DNA from: Candidatus Heimdallarchaeota archaeon
Lineage (GTDB): Archaea > Asgardarchaeota > Heimdallarchaeia > Heimdallarchaeales > Heimdallarchaeaceae
Direction of reading: 5' to 3'
NCBI GenBank assembly: GCA_030603365.1
Contig: JAUVXV010000004.1
Coordinates: 96,001 to 160,000 of the forward strand
Length of the DNA: 64,000 nucleotides
Shown here: positions 55,715 to 64,000 of the stretch, in pieces
How positions within the stretch are numbered: position 1 is the stretch's first letter
Layout: each line of letters starts with the position of its first letter
The notes under the pieces: model-generated
The model's database searches: none
What the model was told of the DNA's origin: nothing
What the model saw: the letters and a program-made list of their open reading frames with translations, nothing else
Position numbers and translations under genes: made by a program

Positions 55715-58327
55715 TCATAGTTCTATTCGAGGGTCTACTGCCACATAAACAATATCTGTTATCAGATTTCCTAGTAATATTAATATTGTAAGCAATGCTG
55801 TCGTTCCCAGTATCATTGGAAAGTCTAATAGGATCACCGCGCTTACATACTTGAATCCTAATCCTGGCCACGTAAAGAGTGTTTCAGTGATTGGAGCTCC
55901 TGCAAGTGCTGTAGCTAGAAATAGTCCAATGTAAGTAACAACTGGAATTAAAACATTCCTGAAAGCATGTCTCCAAGTAATGGATCTTTCTGAAAGTCCA
56001 TTTGCTCTAGCTGATAAAATATAATCTTGTCGAAGAACCTCAAGCATTGTTGATCTAACCAATCTGGTATATAATGCAATAGATGCAAATGTTAATGCAA
56101 TGATTGGTAAGACCATATGGAGCATTGAATCTAACAATCTTTCCGACACATTCGCCCACCACGTAGACATATTCCCTGACCAGAATAAACTCCAATTCGT
56201 ATCACTGAATACTGGCATGGGTGCTGGTACACGATGAGCTTTTGCAGCTGGGAACCAGCCCAGACCATATCCACTAAATATGTAAATCAATAATAATCCA
56301 AACACAAAAATTGGCATTGAAAGACCTAATAGTGCAAATGCACTAGCTGCTGAATCAATCCATGAATTTTGATTTTTTGCTGCTAAAATTCCTAGAGGAA
56401 TTGCTATTAAGAGGGCAAACACAAATGATGCCAATTGAAGTTTTAGTGTTTCCCAAACTAATCCTCCAATCATGTCATTAATAGATTGACCAGATTGGAA
56501 GCTAGTTCCCATATCTCCGTGAAGCAGGTTGTAAAACCAAACTACAAATTGTACATAGATTGGTTGATCTAAGCCTAATTTCCGCGTCAGATTTAATCTA
56601 TCTGCTTCCGTTACTCTTTGTTTTCCTAGAAGAAGTAAAGTTACTGGGTCTCCCATTCCACTAACCATTACAAATGTCATAACACATATCGCTATGAACA
56701 GAGGAATGAGGGTCAGCAATCTTCTTGTAATATATGTTGTTAATCTTAAAGTAGCAACATTCTTAATCCATTTAATTACACCAGTCTCACCTACTCTTCT
56801 AGTCATTGTTGAATCTGAGGGTTTTTGCCAGTCAACGGGTAAGAAAATACCTGTGAGCATCACAAAGATTCCTATCACAAACAAATAGAAACCTGGTTCA
56901 ATAGTTCCTGTAAGAGCTATGTTGAAGAAAGCAGGATTCGAATCATTAGGATTAAAGGTTATCGGGCTGAAGGTTATCGCATCTTGTCCAGAAATAATCG
57001 CTTCATATCTTCCAGCAGCAATTATCATCGATCTATTCATCGCTAGAATTGCGGCTACAAGCGATGTAAGCAAGAGAATACCACCGGCTATATCGGCAAT
57101 TATACCTCTTGATTTTAACTCTCCACTTTGGAATACTTGTCCTAAAACAATCGCCATAAGAGCAAAGAGAATAGTAAACCAAACAGCAGCTGCTAAGATT
57201 ATTATGCTACTAGGTGTTTCTGCTTGTAAAAATCTTGCTTGTGTTATGTTATCTGCGCTGTCATAGGTTATGAGTCTATAATCAACACTAAAACTATATA
57301 TTTCAACAAGGTTTCCAAAACTATCTTTATTGTAACGTGGTCTCACACTATAAACTTCTAAACCTGTTCCTGATTCAGCCACATATGCATATCCATCTAT
57401 AACAAACAATGCAACTGACTCTGCAGAAGTGTTATATGAACCTGCACTTTGTAAAACAACTGGGTTAATAATTGAAACAATGTGTAACCCATAGCTTGAA
57501 TCAGTAATATAGGCGTGTTCATTATCTATATCTATCCCTTTAACATCTCCTGAAACATCATATTGATTCCCGAATATTGGGACTTCTGGATTTGTCAAGT
57601 TAACAGATTGCAATCCGAAGTTTGCACCTACAATATATGCATAATCACCTTGAACATCAACATCATACACAGGATTACCTGCTTCATATGTTCCAATTAA
57701 AGTTGGATCGGTTGGATCACTCACATTCAAGACATGTAATCCTACTGTTGAATCTACAACATATGCAACGTCCTCTTGAACTACTACGCTATTTACATCA
57801 CCAGAAATACTGTATGTGCCTTCTTGAGATGGTGTTGCTGGAGTACTTACATCAAGTATTTGTAATCCTATTGTTGAATCTACAACATAAGCATAGTCGT
57901 TTAAAACATATACATTGTTCGCACCGCCAGCGATGCTATAAGTTCCTAAACTTGTTGGTGTTGTTGGATCTGTTACATCTACAGTTTGTAACCCTGTATT
58001 GGTATCAGCAATGTAAGCAACATTATCTGCAACAAATATACCATTGGAACTACCCGTTATACTGTAAATTCCAATAATGTCTATTGTCTGTGCATCAGTT
58101 ACATTTACAATAACTAATCCTGAATCAGAATTCAAAACATATGCAAAGCCACCATCATAATAAACTGCTGTTAAATTACCTACAATGATTTGTGTATTTT
58201 CAAGTACAATGGGTTCTGGTTCTGCAGAAGTTGAATCAAAATCAAGACCATACAAAGGTACAAAAGCTGCGATAAAAATAAGAGCAAAACCAACAATTTT
58301 AAGAGAAATTGCTACACTTTTATCCAT
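55715..58327 (-). CDS. oppB: Oligopeptide ABC transporter permease OppB fused to an N-terminal LVIVD-repeat beta-propeller and TM module
   Basis: C-terminal OppB core (YITRRLL, GLDQP, QDYILSARANGL, HAFRN, ETLFTWPGLG, DPRI); aa ~45-330 contain seven AYV/I..GL.hh.V..P repeats. Confidence 0.9.
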   Translation of the reverse strand: MDKSVAISLKIVGFALIFIAAFVPLYGLDFDSTSAEPEPIVLENTQIIVGNLTAVYYDGGFAYVLNSDSGLVIVNVTDAQTIDIIGIYSITGSSNGIFVADNVAYIADTNTGLQTVDVTDPTTPTSLGTYSIAGGANNVYVLNDYAYVVDSTIGLQILDVSTPATPSQEGTYSISGDVNSVVVQEDVAYVVDSTVGLHVLNVSDPTDPTLIGTYEAGNPVYDVDVQGDYAYIVGANFGLQSVNLTNPEVPIFGNQYDVSGDVKGIDIDNEHAYITDSSYGLHIVSIINPVVLQSAGSYNTSAESVALFVIDGYAYVAESGTGLEVYSVRPRYNKDSFGNLVEIYSFSVDYRLITYDSADNITQARFLQAETPSSIIILAAAVWFTILFALMAIVLGQVFQSGELKSRGIIADIAGGILLLTSLVAAILAMNRSMIIAAGRYEAIISGQDAITFSPITFNPNDSNPAFFNIALTGTIEPGFYLFVIGIFVMLTGIFLPVDWQKPSDSTMTRRVGETGVIKWIKNVATLRLTTYITRRLLTLIPLFIAICVMTFVMVSGMGDPVTLLLLGKQRVTEADRLNLTRKLGLDQPIYVQFVVWFYNLLHGDMGTSFQSGQSINDMIGGLVWETLKLQLASFVFALLIAIPLGILAAKNQNSWIDSAASAFALLGLSMPIFVFGLLLIYIFSGYGLGWFPAAKAHRVPAPMPVFSDTNWSLFWSGNMSTWWANVSERLLDSMLHMVLPIIALTFASIALYTRLVRSTMLEVLRQDYILSARANGLSERSITWRHAFRNVLIPVVTYIGLFLATALAGAPITETLFTWPGLGFKYVSAVILLDFPMILGTTALLTILILLGNLITDIVYVAVDPRIEL

Positions 58328-58676
58328 AATTTATCACTCGAGTGGAATGAATAGAATCATCTATTCTTTTATAGAAAGACTGTTGAAGTTTTTATAAATG
58401 TTGCCTAGTGTTATAAGATATAAAGAAAATGTATAGAATCTGTATTTGAGTCGGAAAATATCGAAAGTATCAACCAAATTTATTTTTCATACTGATTCTA
58501 CGCTTTTTAGAGTGTTCTTTACAAGTATATCTTAATAATTAGAATGAAAAATGTCTATCTAATCTAATAGGTAATATTATAGCAATCTGTGTTAGATAAA
58601 CAACAATTAAGCTTGGTAACAAAAAATATTTAAAGCAACCTTGAAAGAAAAAGATGACATTAGCCTATCGGTAATA

Positions 58677-58754
58677 GGGGCAGTGATCTAGCCTGGCTAT
58701 GATACCTCCTTGACGTGGAGGAAGTCGCAAGTTCGAATCTTGCCTGCCCCACCA
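58677..58754 (+). tRNA. tRNA-Val(GAC), no intron
   Basis: Acceptor GGGGCAG/CTGCCCC plus ACCA, anticodon arm CCTCC-TT-GAC-GT-GGAGG, TTCGAAT T-loop. Confidence 0.95.
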
Positions 58755-58764
58755 TTCTTGATTT

Positions 58765-59679
58765 TTAACGAAACAGATTCTCAACACTTAGGTATCTCTG
58801 ACCAGTATCAGCCAGTATGGTCACGATAGTTTTATCTTTACTACTAGGACGTTGAGCAATTTTCTCTGCAGCTACACTTACTGCTCCCGAACTAATTCCT
58901 ACCAAAATCCCCTCTGTTTTTGCTATACGCCTACACATGTTAAATGCTTCTTCTTGTTTTACAAGGAAAATTTCATCAATTATCTCTTTGTCAAGTGTTT
59001 CTGGTATAAAACCTGGAGCTGTTCCCATCATTTTATGAGGATTGAAAATCCCCTTAGAAATATAGGGTGATTCGTGAGGTTCAACCGCTATAAGTTTTAC
59101 AGAGGGATTTTTTTCTTTGAGGTATCTTCCAGCTCCACAAATAGTACCTCCTGTTCCTAAACCTGCAATAAGAATATCTATTTTTCCTTCTGTATCCTGC
59201 CAAATTTCGGGACCAGTAGTAAGATAATGTGCTTTTGGATTTGATTGACTCACATGCTGTCCTACATAGAAAAAATCTGGGTTTTCTTCTAATATTTCTT
59301 TTAGTTTCTTACGCGATCCTTCTGTACCTAACTCAGCAGGGGTTAGGATTAGTTGTGCTCCCAATGCACTTAAAATCTGACGCCGTTCAATACTTTGTAT
59401 TTCAGACATAACTAAAATTGCTTTATAATTCCTGATACAAGAAATAAATGCCACTGCCATTCCAGTGTTCCCACTTGTACATTCAATAACAGTATCACCT
59501 GGTTTCAACCTACCTTCCTTTTCAGCATCTATAAAAATTTGAAGAACGGGTCTATCTTTTATGCTTAATGGGTTCATAAATTCGCATTTCCCATATATAG
59601 TGCTACTTGGAAAGGTTCTCTTCATTCTTAGAAGAGGCGTATTTCCAATAAGTTCTGATATATCTTCAATAATTCCCAT
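58765..59679 (-). CDS. cysK: Cysteine synthase (O-acetylserine thiol-lyase)
   Basis: IGNTPL, SIKDR, TSGNTG, GLGTGGT, GISSGA, DTGQRYLS. Confidence 0.92.
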   Translation of the reverse strand: MGIIEDISELIGNTPLLRMKRTFPSSTIYGKCEFMNPLSIKDRPVLQIFIDAEKEGRLKPGDTVIECTSGNTGMAVAFISCIRNYKAILVMSEIQSIERRQILSALGAQLILTPAELGTEGSRKKLKEILEENPDFFYVGQHVSQSNPKAHYLTTGPEIWQDTEGKIDILIAGLGTGGTICGAGRYLKEKNPSVKLIAVEPHESPYISKGIFNPHKMMGTAPGFIPETLDKEIIDEIFLVKQEEAFNMCRRIAKTEGILVGISSGAVSVAAEKIAQRPSSKDKTIVTILADTGQRYLSVENLFR

Positions 59680-59724
59680 TTTTTACTCACCATTTAATTC
59701 ATATCTTGACTTTTAGATTCATGA

Positions 59725-60561
59725 CTAAAAGACATCCAAATCATTTCCCGAAATAATTTTTCCATCATATCTTTCCTTTATTTCATCAAGAAGTTGATTT
59801 TGGGATATGCCCCAAAAGAGTTGATGATATAAGATTAATAGTTCAGGTCCTGCTCTTGAAGCTATCTCCGCTAACTCATGAGTTGATGTGTGTACGTTTT
59901 TATGATATTCTTGCCATTCTTTGGGTCTTTTTCGCAACCCATTAACAGAGTATACTTCGTGAATCAGAATATCGCATCCCTTCGCTTGTTTCTCAAGCTC
60001 TTCTGAAGGTGCTGTATCTCCAGAAATCACAATTGTTTTATCAGGAGTATAAAATTTGAAACCATATGCTGTCCAGGAACCATGATTAACAGGAAAAGCT
60101 TCCACTCTTAGATGAATATCAGAATAGATGAGACCTGGGCTAATTTCGTGAATATTAACTTGAGTTCCTTCATGATTTATAGGTTCTAAACCTTCAATTC
60201 TTTCTCTTATGTCTTCTTTGAATGCTTCAACAATGTGTTCTGTTAGGTGTTTCAACCCTTCAGGGCCATATACCTCAAGTGATTTTTTTCTACCCAAAAC
60301 CCATGGAGTAAAGATTAAATCAGGATATCCGATTGTGTGATCTGAGTGAAGATGAGTTAAAAATGCAGTTTCTATTTTTACAGGATCAATACTTGCAGCT
60401 TTAACACGCCTTATTACACCGGGACCAAAATCGACAAGATATGGTCTTTCACTAACAATTATTGCGATTGACGAACCAGATCTTTCAGGAAATGCATTGG
60501 GAGTTCCTGTTCCCAAGAGAATGATTTTCGTTTTATTGATATTCATTTCAGATTCATTCAT
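59725..60561 (-). CDS. MBL-fold metallo-hydrolase (ElaC/AtsA-like)
   Basis: LLGTGTP, THLHSDH, ISGDT, LIHE, HTS, LYH. Confidence 0.88.
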   Translation of the reverse strand: MNESEMNINKTKIILLGTGTPNAFPERSGSSIAIIVSERPYLVDFGPGVIRRVKAASIDPVKIETAFLTHLHSDHTIGYPDLIFTPWVLGRKKSLEVYGPEGLKHLTEHIVEAFKEDIRERIEGLEPINHEGTQVNIHEISPGLIYSDIHLRVEAFPVNHGSWTAYGFKFYTPDKTIVISGDTAPSEELEKQAKGCDILIHEVYSVNGLRKRPKEWQEYHKNVHTSTHELAEIASRAGPELLILYHQLFWGISQNQLLDEIKERYDGKIISGNDLDVF

Positions 60562-60604
60562 TAAATGGTATGTATCTTTAAAACTTAAATAGAAATCGAC
60601 TGTA

Positions 60605-61576
60605 ATGTACTTGAAAAGTATGAATTTATTACAAGAAATCTTAATTGCTGAGAAAAGAGTTAGAAAACATATAGATAAAACACCTCTAATACATTCTCCT
60701 TATCTTAGTGAACAAGGAAATTGTAATGTTTATTTGAAATCTGAAAACCTTCAAAAAACTGGTTCATTCAAGATAAGAGGAGCTTTCAATGCAATACTTT
60801 CTCTTTATGAGGAACAAAATATAACTGATTTTGTAACTTCTTCTTCTGGAAATCATGGTAATGCTTTTGCACACGTTATACAAGAGTTAAATCTTAATGG
60901 ACTAATATTTCTGCCAGAAAATGCATCTCAGGCAAAAACTGATACTTTGAAGGAATGTAGTTCAGAAATTAGATTTTATGGAACTGATTGTGTAGAAACT
61001 GAAGTCTTTGCTAGAAATTTTGCTTTAGAACAGAGTTTGCCATTTATTTCTCCTTACAACGATGTGAATATTATTGCGGGACAAGGAACTATAGGAGTTG
61101 AACTTGAAGAAGATTTAGCACAAATAGATTGTGTTTTCGTTCCAATAGGTGGTGGAGGTTTGATCTCAGGAATAGCTTGCTATATGAAAAACAAGCGAGA
61201 TGCTATTCACATAATTGGATGTCAGCCACAAAATTCCCCAGTGATGTATGAATCAATTAAAGCGGGAACTATTATTGAGATGAAATCTGAACCCACTCTA
61301 TCTGATGGCACAGCTGGAGGAATCGAACCCAATTCAATAACATTTGATTTTTGTAAAAAATATGTAGACGATTATGAACTGGTTACAGAAGATGAAATTA
61401 AAAATGCAATAAGATTGGTTATGACTGAGCACAATATGATAATTGAAGGAGCTGGAGCTTTAAGTATAGCTGCTTTTCTGAAGAAGAAAGATGAATTCAT
61501 TGAAAAGACTGTGGTTTTAGTTATTAGTGGTTCAAAGATTAACCCCAAAGAATTCAACGAGATTATAAGCAAGTAA
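60605..61576 (+). CDS. Threonine/serine dehydratase (PLP-dependent)
   Basis: KSENLQKTGSFKIRGA, SSGNH, GQGTIG, PIGGGGL, VISG. Confidence 0.92.
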   Translation: MYLKSMNLLQEILIAEKRVRKHIDKTPLIHSPYLSEQGNCNVYLKSENLQKTGSFKIRGAFNAILSLYEEQNITDFVTSSSGNHGNAFAHVIQELNLNGLIFLPENASQAKTDTLKECSSEIRFYGTDCVETEVFARNFALEQSLPFISPYNDVNIIAGQGTIGVELEEDLAQIDCVFVPIGGGGLISGIACYMKNKRDAIHIIGCQPQNSPVMYESIKAGTIIEMKSEPTLSDGTAGGIEPNSITFDFCKKYVDDYELVTEDEIKNAIRLVMTEHNMIIEGAGALSIAAFLKKKDEFIEKTVVLVISGSKINPKEFNEIISK

Positions 61577-61588
61577 TGATGTTTTTAG

Positions 61589-62086
61589 TTAATATTCAGT
61601 TAATGTGCCGATTCTTAAATTATCATCATTCTCAAACAAATCTAGTTCTATAATGGAGTTCATCTTTTCTCTACCTAATAGTTGGGTAATCATATAATAA
61701 TCAGATGGAATAATATTCTCTTTTTCGACAGATATTTCTTCTTTAGTAAACCATCGTAATTCTCCTTCGGCAGTTTCTTTCAATATATCTGAATCTGCTA
61801 TAGTTAAACAAAGAATAATTAAGAATTGTTTATGTGTTTTAGCAGTTATCCCGTCTTTCAATTTCTCATTCAAAATAGCTTTTATCCCCTTCCATTTAAC
61901 AGATAAGCCTGTTTCCTCTTGTATTTCTCTAAGAAGTGCTTCTCTAATTCCTTCATCAAAGTTCATTTTTCCTCCAACTAAAGCCCATTTTTGTTGATAG
62001 TCTCCCCTTTTTCTTTTGATAAGTAACCACTTATTATTGCGTTCAATCCCTCCTATAACTATGTTAAGAATTCGTTTTTGTTCCAT
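61589..62086 (-). CDS. NUDIX hydrolase
   Basis: GGKMNFDEGIREALLREIQEETGL Nudix box. Confidence 0.92.
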   Translation of the reverse strand: MEQKRILNIVIGGIERNNKWLLIKRKRGDYQQKWALVGGKMNFDEGIREALLREIQEETGLSVKWKGIKAILNEKLKDGITAKTHKQFLIILCLTIADSDILKETAEGELRWFTKEEISVEKENIIPSDYYMITQLLGREKMNSIIELDLFENDDNLRIGTLTEY

Positions 62087-62196
62087 TATTAAGTTCTAAA
62101 ACATTATAATTCTAAACTTTTACTCTAGTATTTTAAAAATCTTTAAAGTCATAACATTCTTAAACATTCAAAGTTCATGCTCTTTAGCGAAGCCCA

Positions 62197-62799
62197 ATGA
62201 CTAACTTCATTCAGAATTTCAGACGTTCAATTCGTAGGAAACTAGGCTACCCAGAAGTTTCTATCCTTGTTTTAGGAGATAATAATCCTGCTACTAGGAA
62301 TCGGGCTCTACTAACTAAATCAGAAACATCTCTTAATGAGTTTATCATTGATAACTCTTTAGTAGAACTGCCTTATGCTTTGAACTTTAAATTCAAACAT
62401 AATCTATTTGTTCCATTTGAAGGCTTACTGTATTTCATTGATTCAACAAAAGAAGAAATGATAAAACATGAAAGAAATTTCCTTTGGGAGAAAATCGTCT
62501 GGAATGCTGAAACTCAGAATTTACCTATTGCTCTCTGCGCATATAACTCAAATTTACAAGGAGCATTATCCAGAGGGGAATTAATAGAAAATCTTTCTTT
62601 GATTCGATTAACAGATAGACTCTGGAATCTCTTTGAGACACCAGAAGTGCCATCTATAATTGAAGCACTAAAGTGGCTGAAAAAGGTAATTCATATAGGC
62701 TATGTTAAGTCATGGGAAGAAAAAGAAAAATTATTATTAAAAATTAAACCTGTAGAAATTCAGATCACTACAGAAGAAGAAAATGATCTAGATGTATAA
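62197..62799 (+). CDS. Arf-family-like small GTPase fold protein with degenerate G motifs (pseudo-GTPase)
   Basis: Amphipathic N-helix, ILVLGD, FEGLLYFIDST, LPIAL, ALS..ELIENLSL..LTDRLW and IIEALKWL match the Arf pattern; GKT, DxxG and NKxD are absent. Confidence 0.65.
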   Translation: MTNFIQNFRRSIRRKLGYPEVSILVLGDNNPATRNRALLTKSETSLNEFIIDNSLVELPYALNFKFKHNLFVPFEGLLYFIDSTKEEMIKHERNFLWEKIVWNAETQNLPIALCAYNSNLQGALSRGELIENLSLIRLTDRLWNLFETPEVPSIIEALKWLKKVIHIGYVKSWEEKEKLLLKIKPVEIQITTEEENDLDV

Positions 62800-62816
62800 T
62801 AAAAGAGGTACCTCTA

Positions 62817-64000
62817 ATGACACTCTCAATACAGAATTTAATGAAAGACGGGTATGAAGGATTTTCCGTTAGATCGATTTTAATGAATCCTGAATTCCGA
62901 GACAGAGTTTTAAAAGATGTTAGCGTAAGAGGAAACGAAGTAGGTAAGAACCTTGTGATGGATAAACTCGCAGTTGGTGGAAAGGTTCTACTTACAGGTC
63001 CAACCGGTGAAGCTAAAACACTGTTTGCTAGAGTACTACTTGACCATTTAGTCAGAGAAATCAACAATTTCAAATACCACATAGCTGATTGTCCATTTTT
63101 AGAAGATGCTGGATATATCATTGATATTATAGAAAACTTTCCTGCAAATCCTTTTGCTGGTATTCGTGTTATGCAATCCCTATGTCCTTATTGTAGGAAT
63201 AACATTGAAACTATTCTATCAAAAGATGGAAACGTTGTTCAACTAGATAACACCAACAGTGTTCTAGAAATTTCTCCAAAGGAAATAGTAAGTAGATTAG
63301 GAAAACTGGAAGCAGGTAAAACAACTGTTCGTAGATCACAACTAGACCCAAGAACTGATCCTGAAAGTCTTTATATGTTATTGGCTGGAGTTGAAAACTT
63401 AGAAGAATTATTCGGAAAAGATACTTCAACAACATTTGCAGCTACTTCACATAAAGTAGGAGTTCTATCTCACGGATTCATTGTAGTTAACGAAATCCAA
63501 AGACTCCCACTTAGTCTGCTAGAATCCCTCATGGGTTTTCTTGAAGAACCAATGGGTATCAAGTATAACATTCAAGGAGAACCAGTTTATATCGATGGTG
63601 CAGTTCTTTTCACTTCAAATGCTCCTTTAACAGTTTTTGGAGAAGAAAGTCAACCTATTATCAATCGTATTCCTGAAGTTCTTTGGCCCGCACGTTCAGT
63701 AGAAAGCAGAGAACAAATCCTCAAAGATATGTTCGATGAACAATTAGTTCTAACAAGAAAGAAAATTACTGCTAATCCTTCAATTATTCAATTGCATGAA
63801 CTTGGAAAAGAAGCAACTGACTATGTAAGCAGACTAGCACTGGATTTCTTGGCTTTCTTGGGAAACAATTCACTTCCTGAATCACTTAAGACCAAAGGAT
63901 TACGTTCTGAAAGTAGATTGGCTCGTAATGATTTTTACTCAGGTCTTGATGAAGTTCACGACCCACAAAGGAACCCACATATTGACCTTCGTACTATGAA
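62817..64000 (+). CDS. ChlI/MoxR-related AAA+ ATPase (partial, runs off the window end)
   Basis: Manual translation MTLSIQNLMK...VLLTGPTGEAKT (Walker A), CPF...CPYC insert, FIVVNE (Walker B), VLFTSN (sensor 1), INRI (Arg finger). GAGGT SD upstream. Confidence 0.8.
   Translation, partial: MTLSIQNLMKDGYEGFSVRSILMNPEFRDRVLKDVSVRGNEVGKNLVMDKLAVGGKVLLTGPTGEAKTLFARVLLDHLVREINNFKYHIADCPFLEDAGYIIDIIENFPANPFAGIRVMQSLCPYCRNNIETILSKDGNVVQLDNTNSVLEISPKEIVSRLGKLEAGKTTVRRSQLDPRTDPESLYMLLAGVENLEELFGKDTSTTFAATSHKVGVLSHGFIVVNEIQRLPLSLLESLMGFLEEPMGIKYNIQGEPVYIDGAVLFTSNAPLTVFGEESQPIINRIPEVLWPARSVESREQILKDMFDEQLVLTRKKITANPSIIQLHELGKEATDYVSRLALDFLAFLGNNSLPESLKTKGLRSESRLARNDFYSGLDEVHDPQRNPHIDLRTM

Noticed and set aside
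43403-58754. Integrated element at one of the tRNA genes
   Set aside because: I found no integrase or transposase and no duplicated tRNA 3' end by eye. A computational direct-repeat search would be needed to exclude short att sites.
59725-60561. RNase Z assignment because of the nearby tRNA
   Set aside because: It has the MBL fold but seems to lack the tRNA-binding flexible arm and looks more like the AtsA-type hydrolases, so it is left as a generic family call.

Overview
AT-rich archaeal chromosomal segment, most likely an Asgard archaeon (Heimdallarchaeia-like; inference). The basis is BHB-type tRNA introns, archaeal DTD2, a two-domain gelsolin, a uDENN/longin-like protein and an Arf-like protein. 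It holds about 55 CDS, mostly housekeeping or metabolic (plsY, degV, fdhF, mobA, ilvC, argF, acr3/arsR, hydantoinase A/B, cysS, oppBCDF, cysK). There are 8 dispersed CCA-encoding tRNA genes (Pro, Glu, Leu, Phe, Ala, Thr, Asn, Val); five carry introns and three have a non-canonical T-loop (59/60) intron. No rRNA, CRISPR array, transposase or integrase was seen. Most notable observations: (1) an oppBCDF operon with no oppA whose OppB is fused to a seven-repeat extracellular LVIVD beta-propeller; (2) near-identical T-loop introns in tRNA-Pro and tRNA-Phe; (3) an inverted pair of ORB-like boxes next to tRNA-Ala, a candidate replication origin with no adjacent cdc6; (4) a dispersed hairpin family with conserved GAAGCTAGCC...AGCTAGCTTCAGA ends; (5) an unannotated Flp-like mini-pilin; (6) an Arf-like pseudo-GTPase upstream of a ChlI/MoxR-type AAA+ ATPase; (7) a bacterial-type acyl-lipid gene set (degV, plsY, lipase). 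All family calls come from motif recognition by eye, not from database searches.
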